A stretch of DNA of 49,149 nt, filler included, from Sphacelaria rigidula (GCA_964200075.2; 3 parts of 3 records of this genome joined end to end with filler, not necessarily neighbours in it), one strand, 5' to 3'; numbered from the whole stretch's first letter, positions 1 to 13,003 are shown. Notes: generated by a model not told the origin, from the letters alone. Made by a program: numbers and translations.

Positions 1-112
1 CGAACGGCTGCAAAAAAAGTAGTCGGCCCAAAAATGGGCGTTCTTTGCCCCTTTCCGGAAAGGAGCAAAAAACGCCCATTTTTGGGCCGACTACTTTTTT
101 TGCAGCCGTTCG
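1..112. repeat. Near-perfect palindrome centred at 56/57, probably the middle of a foldback MITE cut by the window edge
   Basis: Bases 1-56 are the reverse complement of 57-112 with 2 mismatches and no loop (…ctttcc|ggaaag…). Confidence 0.85.
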
Positions 113-667
113 GCGGTATGGTTCAAGCACGAGCTGAAAATTTTAGACATATTTTGTTGACCCACAAAACAGCACAGAGTTTATTTTTTAAAAAGATCGG
201 ACATCGTTAAGGGCCTGTACAAATTTAGGTACCTTTACTAATGGGACAGAGGAAGTAATAGTGATACGGCTTTTTCGGAGAAAGTGTATGCATACCCCGG
301 ATAAAAGTTCATTTGAATTATCGCGCGACGATTCTGTGACCTCTTTTTGCCGCACATCAACCACATGCGGATACAGGTAGTAGTTTTTGTATCACGAGTG
401 TTTCTTCAGAGCCGAAACACGATGCACATCCCGCAACAGCACCCACTACCTGAACAAGCGGTCAAACACACCTGAGACGGATACAAACATATCCACCGAG
501 TAGAAATTCCGCAAATCATTTTTATTCGCTCCATCTTCACAGGAAAACTCACGCCAGGTGGTGTCACGAAGCAACGGTAGATCTATCTACTACACATGTT
601 GCTTATATTTAAACTTTGATCGCGAGCATAGGTCATCTTTTTATTCAGCATCCATTTTACCTTAAAA

Positions 668-1080
668 ATGACCACATACAACATGTTCATGAGATCAGGA
701 ACGGATTTTTTTCGGGACGGTAGGGTTCTCATCATGTATACCAAGACGGTCGAATCGTCCGAACCGACCGTCATCCCCCTTGAAGCCCGTGATCTGACGG
801 GAAGTACGGTGCGAAGAGATTTAAAATCGACGTGGTCAGTACAGCGTTATAAGGAACGATGTGTCCGAATAACAAAAAAAAAATGAACTTCTTAAGCCAT
901 ATCTCATGGAAGGCGTCACCGATTTTAAATCTACCCGCGCTAAATTTGCCGTCAGATCACGGGCTTTCAGGGGAGTAACGGTTATGTCGGACGATGAGAT
1001 AGTCTTGGTGTAAATAACGGGAAAAAACGTGGCGGGAACACAACCCGTTCTTAACCTCGCGAACATATTGTTATGGCCAG
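668..1080. repeat. Degenerate long inverted repeat (old foldback element)
   Basis: ~668-835 and ~915-1080 are diverged reverse complements (aagcccgtgatctgacgg / ccgtcagatcacgggctt). The ORF-track peptides on opposite strands therefore resemble each other (YTKTVESSEPTVIPLEARDLT vs YTKTISSSDITVTPLKARDLT). Confidence 0.7.
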
Positions 1081-2754
1081 ATGACCTACCCTCGCGGTCA
1101 GAGGTTCGTGGCTGAACTCTTCGTATATCGAAAGGTATGCCCCCATGTGTTTGGCACCAAATCACAGCTGCTTAGGGGGATTTTGATTTGTTTTTGCACT
1201 TCGTTACGCAAAAAAAGACCGGTGGTTCACATAATTTAATTCGACGCGAGGGATTTAATTCTCTGGTAGTCGAATGTTTGAACGTAGTACACCACTACAC
1301 TGTTACACCTGCGTGTGTACTGTAGTAGTGTACCGTTCTCCCTTCATCTTACCGTACGACCCCTGTACTGTCCCCGAGAGCACAATGACCAAGGATTGCT
1401 CAGTGCGCTCAAATATAGATGTGTGTATGTATTGTGCCAGTGCATATATCGTAGGCCATCAATTGAATTGCATCATTACATCTAAAAAATAAGATGAATG
1501 ATGCCGATTCGACAGGCCCACGCTCGCGGTGAAAGGGTAAAGTGCTTCAGATGGTTGACAGTCCATCTGCATCATGCATACTTTCCCAGCTGAAGTTGAT
1601 GACGATTCAACAGAATACCTACTCTCGTCGTCAAAAGGTTCAACCATTTGACCGCGAGGGTAGTCTATCCTGAGTCATATACAGTCATACACAGCGGCAC
1701 AACCGATGGCCGGCTGAAATGATGTGCACAATCAATCGTTGTCAACGTGCCCGGATTCGCGCACTTCGGCCGACCACGGCAATCCGACTACGGAAAAGCC
1801 GAGAAGCGAAAAAGTCTCTGGAGCAGCTTGGGCCGCCCAACTTGTAGAGTAAAAAGACCGGTACATGCAATTAACGGCCATGATATCTCTGTAGAAAATA
1901 CTCCGGTAGTGAAACACATTCCGGGAAGAAGTCAAACCGTACGGCTCCAAACAGAAAGTCTCAAATCCATAAGAAAGGGCATATATTTGCAGCATAGGCG
2001 CCCGAACATATCAAGGCCTGTGGTGATTTTCGAAGACGTAACGATAACGCGACAGACGCCGCAACGCTCAGCGAAATGCGCGACCTCAGCCATGGTAATA
2101 TTTACATCAGCATTTTAACTTTTCGAGGTCTAAATCATTTCGAGTGCACAGAGGATAAGTGCCCGCAGCACTCCACCTGCGGATCTCCATACTGGCTTTC
2201 CCTTGGTTGTCATCGCACACTACCCTCGGATGTACAGGGCACGTTCGCGCCACGGCGCGGCACGCAGTGAGCTCCAACAAAACAAAAACACTGCAGAAAG
2301 GAAGCGAGTTGGGTAGTGGTGGAGAAGTCAAGACGTAGGTGCGGCCAACAGCGAGAGAGGTGCAGACGGCCGAAAAGGAGAGTAGAGAGCGGCTGAAGAC
2401 AAAACGAACAACCTCCCGTGAAGCTCGTGAAATGAAAACGGAAAAACAACCTGTAGTGATCGCAGAGAACGTTCCTGGATAAAATACTGCGCTGTCGTGC
2501 GTCGCAGTGCGGGGAAATGCAGCCCTCTGGTGCATTGAAAAATGACACCAGTATGCAGGGAAGACGTTCAAACAGAATCTTGATGCGTTTTAGAAATGAA
2601 AGATTTTTGGTGCTCCGCGCCACCGCTCAAATCGGGCGATTCCAAGGCAAGGGATTCTGTGGGATGTTCGGCGCTACAACCATGCCTTGAAGAACTCACT
2701 GTGAATGTGCTCGACGCCGCACTCTACCCCAGACCGAGGTTTCGGCGAACCCCC

Positions 2755-3250
2755 TTAGCGCCGGAGGTGTTCATTTCTGGAATCGGCATTATTTTGACTT
2801 GAAAAGGGCCTGAATATGATACCGATTCCACAAATGAGTACGTCCGACGGATCGGAGGGTTTGTATATTCGCCGTAGGGCAATGCACTCTGTGCCTACGA
2901 AGCCATAGAACACCCTCGCCGCCGGAGTGTTCACCGCATGCCTCCGTCGGGTTACGGTCGGGGTTCGTAAAGTCCAGTTGGGCCAGTCTACCAAAGACCC
3001 AGATGATGTGAAGAGAGGGGATGACGAAATTGAGCCTTTGACCACCGGAGGTGTACATTTCTTGAACGGCTGTATTTTCGTTTGTGGAAATGGCATCATT
3101 TTCACTTGAAAAGTCCTTGGAAATGAGGCCGATTCTAAATATGAACCCCTCCGGCGGTCGAAGGGTTCGGATCGGCGCCGTAGGGCAAAGCATCCTGTGA
3201 CTATGCGATATGCCTTCGTCGGGTTACGGTTGGGGCTAGGGTTAGATTGT
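2755..3250 (+). repeat. Two diverged tandem units of a repeat with a GGCATCATTTTGACTTGAAAA-like motif, ending in a telomere-like GGGCTAGGGTTAG
   Basis: 2760-2965 resembles 3045-3246. The motif occurs at 2785-2805 and 3092-3112 and recurs at 11618-11638. Confidence 0.55.
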
Positions 3251-4985
3251 TATTGGGTCAGTCTATCAAATATTCGGATACTACGGAGAGAGGAACTGAC
3301 AAAGAAAATATCATGATGGCATGGTGCTTGTGAAAATGTCATCGATATACTGCTGTCCTGGGCTGTAGCTAGCCAGCTAGCGGAGGGAAATGGAGCCCAC
3401 ACCGGGCCCGGACAAAGAACAAATTCAATCTTGTTGATCTCTCTGCGGTACAGCTCGAGTAGCCCACGTGTGTCCACTAAAGGTGGGCACCGGATACAAG
3501 AAATAAAAAACCGGTTACTGGATAAGAGGCATTTTTCTCAGAAACAAAAGCCGGTTTAATCGGTTTTTTCTCAGCAGGTTTAACCCTTTTAGGACCGGAC
3601 CCCCAGAAACACAGGGCTGACCCTGTGTTAGTGAAATAATTGGAAAAACGTCTTCGAGCGACCGGCCCAATCACGGCGATGCGAAATTTATCGGCCACAC
3701 CCGAACGGCCATCGCGGGGATTGTTATCGAGTGTGATGCCACTGTAAAGATCGTGTGGGGGCCCTATCACTGGCCCAGATAAGCCTTCCCAGGTTTCCAA
3801 GTGCAGGGTGGCCGCAGCTTGGGTTTATGGTATTACTTGCACTCAGTATACCGTTCCCGAGTTTTTCCGGAGTGTTTTTTGGGTCCCAATTCTATACTGA
3901 AACGTAGTAACTTACACTAACACAGGGTAGACCGGAAAAAAACGGGAAGGAGTGTACATGCTACAATGTGGTCATTTTCACGAGGCACAAAATCCAGGTG
4001 GGCTGCGGAAAGACAAGAGGAGCTACCGTAATGAATTCTGTGTACCCCTCTGCCGATGACTTGCAGTGTGTAGTCCACATGTATTTAGTGGACGGAGATG
4101 ACAAAGCTGTATACAGGTGGCTGATTTCGATAGCTGAGAATTGCCCAGAACGTGCAAGGGAATATGCAGCGGCATCTGCTGCTTAACTCGGAGAGGCGTA
4201 CTACACTGTACTGTACTAGTATATACTGCTATACGCATGCGCGCCGCAACGCTGATACCCTTCGAAGAGAATTTGCCGCATGCAACAAGGGGGATATTGG
4301 CGGCCCATCCCGACCACGAAGGGCTGTGTGGGAAGGTGGTGGGGACAAAAGTATCATCCAAAGCCACAAGTGGCGGGCGGCTCGCCGGTCGCCGCATCTT
4401 GTTGGAAGCTCTCTACCATGACCCATACTGCTTGTTACATCAGATGTACACCACCTAATGCGCACGCACCCTGCACCTGAAAATAGATTGGATGAAACTT
4501 TCGGTCTTTGTGATGACCCTACGGTTACATACGCGGAATTTCAGCAACACGCCACGGTTTCGTGCAGACGCCAGACACGTCATTCCTGACCAGCCTCATT
4601 GGTCATTCTGGAGGCCCGGTCCCAAAAGGGTTCACCGGTTCACCGCGAAACCGGTTTGACGTGATGAGCAGGGAAAAACGCCTCCACATCATTGAAGCGC
4701 AGGTGAATTAGGCGTTGTTGTCGTGTGTTTCGTGTGTCTTGTGTGTGATGGGTGATGGGTGATGGGTGATGGATACGATCAAACAAACCCATTGCCGGTG
4801 ACGGCAAGGTTCAATCTCACACCTCCGCACCCGTGCAACACCTGTCGAACTTACAGCACAATGGCTGGTGAAAAAGATTTTAATGCGTGAGAGGAACTGG
4901 TGTTGGTGATTACTTGGACAGCTGCTGTTCAAATCTGGCACCTAAAACCTAACCCTAGCCAACACGGTGTCGAAAGGAAAAACCA

Positions 4986-5597
4986 TAGTAGTAGGCGCCT
5001 AAACTGTTCATTTTGTAATTTCTTCGTCATTGGCGATTTTCTTAGCTCTTTCGCTTGCCACCGCTTTTCACATTGAGGATCTGAAGATACTTGTATCCGC
5101 TCCACATTCCCAGAAAAACAATCATCTGTACTCAATATTGGGCGACTTGCGGGCTGACCGGTCCTCGGGGGTCCTGCCACTTTTCAGCCTAGATTCTAGT
5201 TTCAGTTTCGTTTTTCTTGGGAACGTCCATCATGAGACCACGGCTGGACCCCTGGGGGGTCAGTTAAAGTGCGACAATCAATCAATCAATCATGCCAACT
5301 CTTCGGTATTTACGGTCGATCGAGCCTATCCCGATTGTATTTGTGAAGAAATGTACTGGCTTATTCTCTTGAAATTCCACCTACTCTTTGCACTAGAGCC
5401 GAATAACTGTATTTCAAGGTCAATAAAACCCTCCTGATAAACGGGGTATCTACTCCCATCACCCGATAACACCAACTAGCACTAACTTGGGCACTGTGTT
5501 TTGAGGGCGATCTGCTTATTTCACCAAAATCTACCGACGCTAGCACTTTCGAGAAAAACCCCAAAACAACCCTGAACACTCCAGGCGCCCAGCACTG
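4986..5597. mobile_element. Tc1/mariner-like MITE, copy 1
   Basis: Colinear with 9231-9783. It has degenerate TIRs (tagtagtaggcgcct … aggcgcccagcactg) followed by TA. Confidence 0.6.
5197..5297 (+). mobile_element. 5'-truncated non-LTR retroelement 3' end with a (CAAT)n tail
   Basis: Absent from the sister MITE copy at 9231-9783. 5223-5292 is nearly identical to 18763-18827 (catgagaccacggctggacccctggggg…gtgcgacaa-caatcaatca). Confidence 0.6.
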
Positions 5598-8500
5598 TAT
5601 TCACCCCACACCCCACCCGCCCTTGCAACCCAATGCCTAACGGAACGAGGGAGGAGCAGGGGTCATGCCATTCCTCAACGTCAAACTTCGCGATCGAACC
5701 GGTTACACCGGTTCACCGGGAAAAACCGGTTTAACTGCCATAATAACGCCTCCTTTTTCCGGTTCAACCGGGCAAAACAACTCCGATCCCTTATTCCAGA
5801 GCCGTAACCGGTGAACGCCTATTGGGCTCTCCAAGAACCGGTTATAACCGGGGGGTTGTCACAGGTGCTCACCTCTAGTATTCACAAACACAAGAAACCC
5901 GAATTAAATCCCGTCAAGAATCATGGAAAACAACGGAAAAATAGCTGGTTTGATATTTATTATTATGTAAAGACCCATACCTATGAACTCGGTGCCAAAC
6001 TGACTATACTTGATGAAAATCATCACAGCGTGGGCAATCGAGTGGAAGGTTTCGGTAGCAGGCTGTGGTACAGTACAGTTCGCCGTGATGCGCTTGGGTC
6101 CGGCTGATTCGTTCAACTTGGGAATACGATCGTGTGCTTGAGAAAGGGAGGAAAGTGAGCTTTGAGGCCGGCTCAGCACACTGCTCAGATCGTAGATCAC
6201 AAATTTCTATTCATATATCTACGCTCAGTGGCTAGTTGCTCCAAGCGCAGCCGAGCAACGCCCGGAAATATATGGTTACTACAGCTGTAGCGACTGCAAA
6301 GTCCGCATGCAGCCATTCGGTCGCAGGTTACACGCGGCGGCAGCTACCCCCGTCGACTCGTGAATTGCGCAATTTCAGGGAACTTGCTCTCTGCGCTCTC
6401 GGGCCCCGTTCATCTCGTACGAATGCTCGATCTCGGTTGGGAATGGCGTTGTATAGTGTAGCAGCATGGAATGAGCAACAACGCGGCAATGCTGTTGTCC
6501 GTGTGTACTGCCGCAGCGGCGCAGGACGTTCGCAACGCAAGCTCGTGGAGCTAGCAACTTACGTCGACAGCCGCCCTACTTGAGCTCCCATGTTCGCCAC
6601 CGCTGGCCGTCCTCCCCATGAAGCTTCGCTAGCGCAGTCTTTGCACTCGCCAGCTGTTTCCCTCGTCCTTGATCCCGTTCATAAATGACGTGGTGCAGTG
6701 TACTCGCATCAAAAACGGGAGCTAGAACGCCATGCGGCTGCTGGTTGTGGTGCAGTGTGCCCTAGGCCCGTAGACGCAGCTCATGATGGTCGGAGTCAAT
6801 TTGGTTCGTCCCAGCAGAACCAAAAGTGAGAACCGACGGGAATGAGAGAGAAGAAAACTTGCGGACACAAAGAGCCACGGGAAAATTAATATATTCCTGT
6901 CAACCGTTTTTTACGACCAATTGCCTATATCATAAAAGGCATCCGCATTATTACTGTACTGTGGATGCCCAGTACAGAGTCCTGCGCAGATATCGGAACG
7001 GTGAATGTGAAGATGACAACAAGTGGTATCCCAAAGGCGTGGTAGGGTCTACTGGTCTCCGGATCTCGTGAGGACTTTGTTCTTCTGTCTTACTTGCGCG
7101 AAGTCCGCTGCAGACCTCACTGCGGTACAATACCCTTCATCCTGCAAAGTGCACCCACCCACAGAGTCCCCATCTGTACACCCACAGAGTCCCCATCTGT
7201 ACGACACTGGTACCTCCTGTTGCATTGTCCCAACACACTGACATACGCCCCCCAGCCCCCCCCAGCCCCACCCTCCTGCCCTTCCCTAACCCCGTAATTG
7301 CCGAACAAAAACCTACACCGGCAAGGCCGTATGGCCAACAGGTTGGACATCTTTCAAATCGACACCATCGTCACATGAAATTGAGGGGTGCGTAGAATGA
7401 TGACCACAAAGGTTGACGGTGGGGGTATTTTTTTGAAAGTTGAAACTCTCTTTATTTTAGTACCTCCGGCCGATTGAAACTGAGAAATGTGCGAACGACA
7501 GGACGTGATGCATGTCATGAATGAGCCAAGAGACAACAGATATGCAGCATGCGCAAGATGCATTGCAGTGGGATACCAGAGATTCATTGGTACTTGGAAG
7601 CAAATAGTATAACATGATGTATGTATGGCATACCCTTCGCCTGGAAGTGCAGTGAGGAACACTATTTCGGAAAATGTTTCGAAAACGGCGGTCGATCTCG
7701 GATCTGAGAAGACCCATGTTCTGGCTGCGTGAGCGACGAAGGGGGCATGCACGAGCAGGGACAGTTGAGAGCAAGCAAGAGCAAGTAGTAACAGACACTG
7801 GCAGCAATTGCACATCGTGTGGCACATGACCGGGTCTCACTCCTGACGTTTCCCCGTGCCTCGACCAACGGGAAACTCCAGCGGGAAATCGTTGGCGTAG
7901 AGTACAACGGTGCAGTGTAGTTGCACATATACTGTCACGGTACTAGCGAGCAGTGCAGTAAGAACGTCTTCTACTCGGAACAGCGACAAGTGCACTTCTG
8001 CACCCACCCTAAGCGATATCGTCTCCAAGTTCGATTCATCATCCCGTCCGCAGCTACGGCTTTAGTGACTCGGACAGTGGATACGGTGCTAGAAACCGAG
8101 ATTTGTCAGTGCACAGGTTGTGTTGGTAGCGCAGAATCTTCCGTCGAGACAATCAAGGTTCAAAATCTTGACACCCAACCAGGTGTGAAACCTCGTCATG
8201 ACATTTTTGGGAGCAATGCTCGCGCTGTTGCTGCCGAGATCAGCCTGGCGAGTGATTCATAGGCGACGGGAGCAGACTGTAGACTGGGCAAGGTCTTCGA
8301 AGTTATTGCTGCAGAGTGAGGAGGTGAGTCCACACGATTCTTGCGCTTGACATGTTTACACTTTCGACGACACGACAGACAGAGAGACAGGAGTCGAGTG
8401 GAAGTACCGTGAGGTGGTCGACGACGTCAACGCACCTTCGGATACACAGGTCTTTTCGTTCGAGCCAGTCTTTCTCGAATGCTGCGGTGACCATGCGACC

Positions 8501-8999
8501 AAATAATCCACCAGTGCACAAACGCTACCGAAATCCATGCTGCACACATGAAATTAGGCTGTGCGGGGTCATCCTTTTCGGGCTTGAAAAATGAAAAGTC
8601 TCAAAGGGGGTGTTATGCACCGTAAACCCTAAGCTGGTCGCATATCTGATCGTTTGGTACAGGTGCATGATTCATTCATTTTTTTTGCGAAGTACACGTG
8701 CTCCTGGTAACGGTCGCGATATCTCGTTTGGAATGTGCTCTTCAGAACTATTTTCTCGCGAGCGCAAGAGGGGCCGTTAATTAGAACGAAACCCGTCGTT
8801 CAAATGTACCCCGCACTAGGATGTAAAGTGTACTCTTCACAGAGGCCCGATGTTCGGGGTGTACGGGCGGATGTGTCCAGGCAATGTAAGAAAAAGTAGA
8901 ATAATTCATTTCATTCATCTGTTATGCCCAATTATTAGAGTATTATTGCTTTCCAATGTAATGGAGGCATTAGCAAGGAAGACACGTACCTTCCAGTAG

Positions 9000-9505
9000 T
9001 TTGGGTCATGTTCCGCAGATTCATTTATGGGAGCTACCCATGTTTTCCCTGGGTGAGCTACGAGAGCTGTATGAGCTACGCATGTTTGCCCTACGTGAGC
9101 TACCAACCCGTAGCTCATCAGCTCATATTCGTCCGAGGTGAGCTACGGAAGCTGCGTGAGCTACACACGTTCGCCACAGGTGAGCTACCAACCCGTGGCT
9201 CATCGGCTCATATCCGTCCTGGGTGAGCTTTAGTAGTTGGCGTCTGAACTACCCATTTTGTGATTTTTTCGTAATTGGCGATTTTCTTGGGCTCTTTTCG
9301 CTTGCCACCGTTTTCACGTTGTGGACCTGAAGATACTTGTATCCGCTCCAAATTCCAAGAAAAAAATAATCAGTACTCAATACTGTATTGGGTGACTTAC
9401 GAGCTTACCTGTCATCGAGGGTCCTGCCACTTTTTAGCCCAGATTTTGACTCTTCGGTATTTTCGATCGATCGAGCCTGTTCCGATCGTAATTGTGAAGA
9501 AACTC

Positions 9506-9538
<33 letters not shown>

Positions 9539-11026
9539 TATACCTACCCATTGCACAAGAGTCGAAAAACTGTGTTTCACGGTCAATAACACCCTCCTGA
9601 TAAACGGGGTATCTACTCGTATCGCCCGATAACACTAAGTAACACTAACTTGGGCACTATGTCTTGTGGACGATCTGTTTATTTTACCAAAATCTGTAGA
9701 CGCTAGCACTTTCCAGTTCTATCCAAGTGTAGTACGCGAGAAATTCCTAAAACAATCCGGAATAATTCTGATGCTGACAACCATATGAAAGCTGCATGCG
9801 CTACGCATGTTTGCCCTGGATGAGCTACCAACCGGTAGCTCATCAGCTCAGATTATTCCTGGGTGAGCTATGAGTGCTGCGTGAGCTATGAGAGCTGCAT
9901 GAACTACGCATTTTTGCCCTAGATGAGCTATGCGAGATGCATGAGCGGCGCATGTTTGCCCTGGATGAGCTATGAGAGATGCATGAGCTACGCATGTTTG
10001 CCCTGGATGAGCTATGGAAGCTACATGAGCTACGCATGTCTGCCCTGCTGGAGCTCAAGAGCTGCGGGAGCTCAGGAGTTGTTTCTGTTCCGATGTTCAT
10101 GCACATTGATATTGTACGTACGTGACGACGGTTAGATGTGCACACCTGTGTTCCATTTCGTGTAGCGATGGATTTGCTTCTTGTGAACACCAGCATGGCT
10201 GCATCAGAAGTCATCCGCATCATAGCCACCACACACACACACACAACCACAGACGCACACACAACCACATATACACACAATTCGCCCTGCATGGCGACCG
10301 CGGGGGGCAGCAGCTCTAGCGGCGCTTCAGTCGGAAATGATGCCGTGGATCTGGATCCTTCGCAACAGGCGATCAACGTGGAGGAAAATGTGATCGCACT
10401 TTCTTTGGTGTAGCGATGGCTGGGCTCATCCGCTCATGTTTTCCACACGTGAGTTATGAGAGCTGCGTGAGCTACACATGTTTGCCGTGAGTGAGCTATC
10501 GAGCATAGCTCATCCGCGTATGTTTTCCCTGGGTGAGCTACGAGAGATGCATGAACTATACATGTTTGCCCTGGATGAGCTATGAGAGATGCATGAGCTA
10601 CACATATTTGCCCTGGATGAGCTATGACAGCTGCATGAACTACACATGTTTACCCTGCGTGAGCTACCAACCCGTAGCTCATCAGCTCATATTCGCCCGG
10701 GGCGAGCTATGGGAGCTGTATGAGCTACACACGTTTGCCATAGGTGAGCTAACAACCCGTAGCTCATCAGCTCATAGCCATCCTGGGTGAGCTATGAGAG
10801 CTGCATGAGCTACGCATGTTTGCCCTGGATGAGCTACCAACCCGTAGCTCATCAGCTATGAGAGCTGCACAAGCTACGCGTGTTTGTCCTTGGTGAGCTA
10901 CCAACTCGTAGCTCATCAGCTCATATCGTCGTGGGTGAGCTATCGGACGTAGCTCACATGTATATGTTTGATTACGAGTGAGCTACGGCCCGCAGATGAG
11001 CTAGCTCATGAGCTGTCCTACGTGTG
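9000..11026. repeat. GAGCT-rich tandem array (~42-bp unit gagctatgagagctgcatgagctacgcatgtttgccctggat), interrupted twice, ending in a transposon TIR
   Basis: Blocks lie at ~9000-9230, 9786-10075 and 10420-11026. The terminal agctcatgagctgtcctacgtgtg matches the TIR of the element at 43961-44227. Confidence 0.8.
9231..9783. mobile_element. Tc1/mariner-like MITE, copy 2, inserted at a TA site of the satellite
   Basis: Homologous to 4986-5597. Removing it approximately restores the satellite unit gggtgagc-ta-tga(g/a)agctgcatg. Confidence 0.65.
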
Positions 11027-12145
11027 GATTTTTTTACGAACAGCAATCGGGGGGCTCTTCGGCACCCGGGCCTCGAAGAAAATCCAGCGAAAAATATGTT
11101 ATCCGCGAGATATGACCATGCGCAGAGGGATCTCTCGCCTCCAGAAACCACTTCCCCTTTCTAAGCCAAATTTCAGTTACGTATACCTGATCTAGGAATT
11201 ATTTTCTAACCTTACCTTATCTGGGCCACCGCTTCCCACAAAGTACCTGGTGCAGCACACTGCGCGCAAGGGAATCTGCGCGACAACTCCAACCATGGTG
11301 TCCACACACTCGGCTCTTTTCTCGCTCATTGGCCGTTCACGAACGCCACAACGACCACTACCCTTTTCTCCCCGGTAATGGTTCCCGAGTCTCTCCGCAT
11401 CGACACAAGAAGTGGACTCACAACTCACGAAGCTTTGGTCTTTTCCGCTTGCGGAGGGTGACGTGACAACGTGCTGTTGCGATCTGGGGCTGGTGTCATG
11501 TTCCGTATTGACCCTTCTTGGACCCTTTCCCCCCACAATAATCGTGTGTTAGTGGCAGATGTCCACTAGTTTTGTTTTCAAGTCAAAATGATGCCAACCC
11601 ACACCCCATTGTGAAATGGCATCATTTTGACTTGAAAACAAAACTAGTGGACATCTGCCACTAACACACGATTATTGTGGGGGGAAAGTGGGAGAAAGTG
11701 GGGAAAAGTGCCACACACATACATTTGTGAGTAGTCCGGTCCCAATAGGGCTAATGGTTGTGGCGCTAGGGTTAATAACATGTGGTCGTTGTGGCGTTCG
11801 TGAACGGCAAATGGGCGGGAAAAGAGTCGAATGTATGGACGCCATGGTTGGAGTTGTCGCGTAGATTCCTTTGCGCGCAGTGTGTCGCATCAGGTACAAT
11901 GTGGGAAGCGATGGCCCAGGACACGTATTTTCTTGGGCGACTGGTGACCCGGAGAAGGTACGATCGATAAAGAATTCCTAGATCAGGTATACCTGGCCAA
12001 AAGTTGGTCTAGAAAGGAGAAGTGGTTTCTGAAGGCAAGACTTGCTTCTGCGGATGGCCGTATCTCGTGAGTAACATGTTTTTTGCTGTTTTGTTTCAAG
12101 GCCCAGGTGCCGAGCAGCTCCCGGATTGCTGTGCGTCAAAAATTC
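11027..12145. mobile_element. Foldback element: ~330-bp diverged outer inverted repeats around a perfect 72-bp inner inverted repeat
   Basis: The outer arms are ~11027-11358 and ~11782-12145. The inner arms 11525-11596 and 11617-11688 are exact reverse complements with a 20-nt loop. Confidence 0.8.
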
Positions 12146-12656
12146 GAAGCGAAATCGGTGTAGATTGTGTGTTTTGCTGTTTTTGTGTATCTGGTCATTT
12201 CATTTTTCGTACCTTTCGTAGGCAGAACACGAGAAGGTATACTTTTTCTAGGCCATTGCCCTTTATTTATCTTCCGCTCAGAAAGAGAGGTCAACGTGGG
12301 AAGAGGGGTGGGCACTGTCAGCCTCAACAGGTGGCTTCACGGGCGATGCCCCACGGTGAAAAAGATCGCATGACCCACGTGATCCGTCACAACACACATC
12401 GCAAGTAATTGCTGCTGAAAGGTGTCTGTTAACGCTTGAACGGAGCGAAGTTGAAGCAGGGCTCTCCAGATGCGGGCCCCACCCCGTGCGCATCTCTCTT
12501 GAAACCATATACAGCTGTAGTTTACGAAGATACCAATATACTTCTTGCTGTCCGTGTTCGCTGCTGCGTCCCAACCGCAGCAGTGACGCCTTGGGCGGTA
12601 CTATCTGCTCACTGCACAGCGGCAGGGTGCAGGGTGGCACAGCACACCGCAGAATG

Positions 12657-13003
12657 GACACTCTCTACGATAGCCCCCCCCCCAAAAAAAACAGCCCAAA
12701 AGTGTCACGAAAAAAATGGTCATACAGCGCCTGATATTTGGGCTCAGGCTGCATGAAGCGCCTCATGTGGGCGACATTGGCGAGAACAAACCCAAGCGTG
12801 GGAATTTCCAGCTGCTCGTTGTGCTCGGCTTTTCCATTTCGATTTACGTAAAGATTTTGCCTCCCTAAACCAGGCACTTTTTTTTCTTTTTTCTGGGGGG
12901 GCGTACTAATTTGTTGCTTGCCTTAGTCGTTTGACCATTGACCACGCACCCCTTTCGAGACGGGAGCATTTTTCGGGGGGGGGGGGCTATCGTAAAAAGT
13001 GTC
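12657..13003. mobile_element. MITE family A (TIR GACACTTTCTACGATAGCC), 4-bp TSD AATG
   Basis: TIRs gacactctctacgatagcccc / ggggctatcgtaaaaagtgtc. AATG occurs at 12653-12656 and 13004-13007. The interior is homologous to 29028-29273 and 34458-34711. Confidence 0.85.

Larger units (their letters stand above)
3478..5877. mobile_element. Non-autonomous hAT-like DNA transposon (~2.4 kb) with nested insertions
   Basis: TIRs are TAAAGGTGGGCACC (3478) and GGTGCTCACCTCTA (ends 5877). The 8-bp flanks GTGTCCAC / GTATTCAC match at 6/8. Many subterminal ACCGGTT-type motifs lie near both ends. No transposase was recognised. Confidence 0.65.

Noticed and set aside
9000-11000. CRISPR-like array, or hammerhead ribozymes (CUGAUGA on the minus strand followed by a stem)
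   Set aside because: The units are contiguous tandem repeats without unique spacers, and the required GAAA does not follow the stem.
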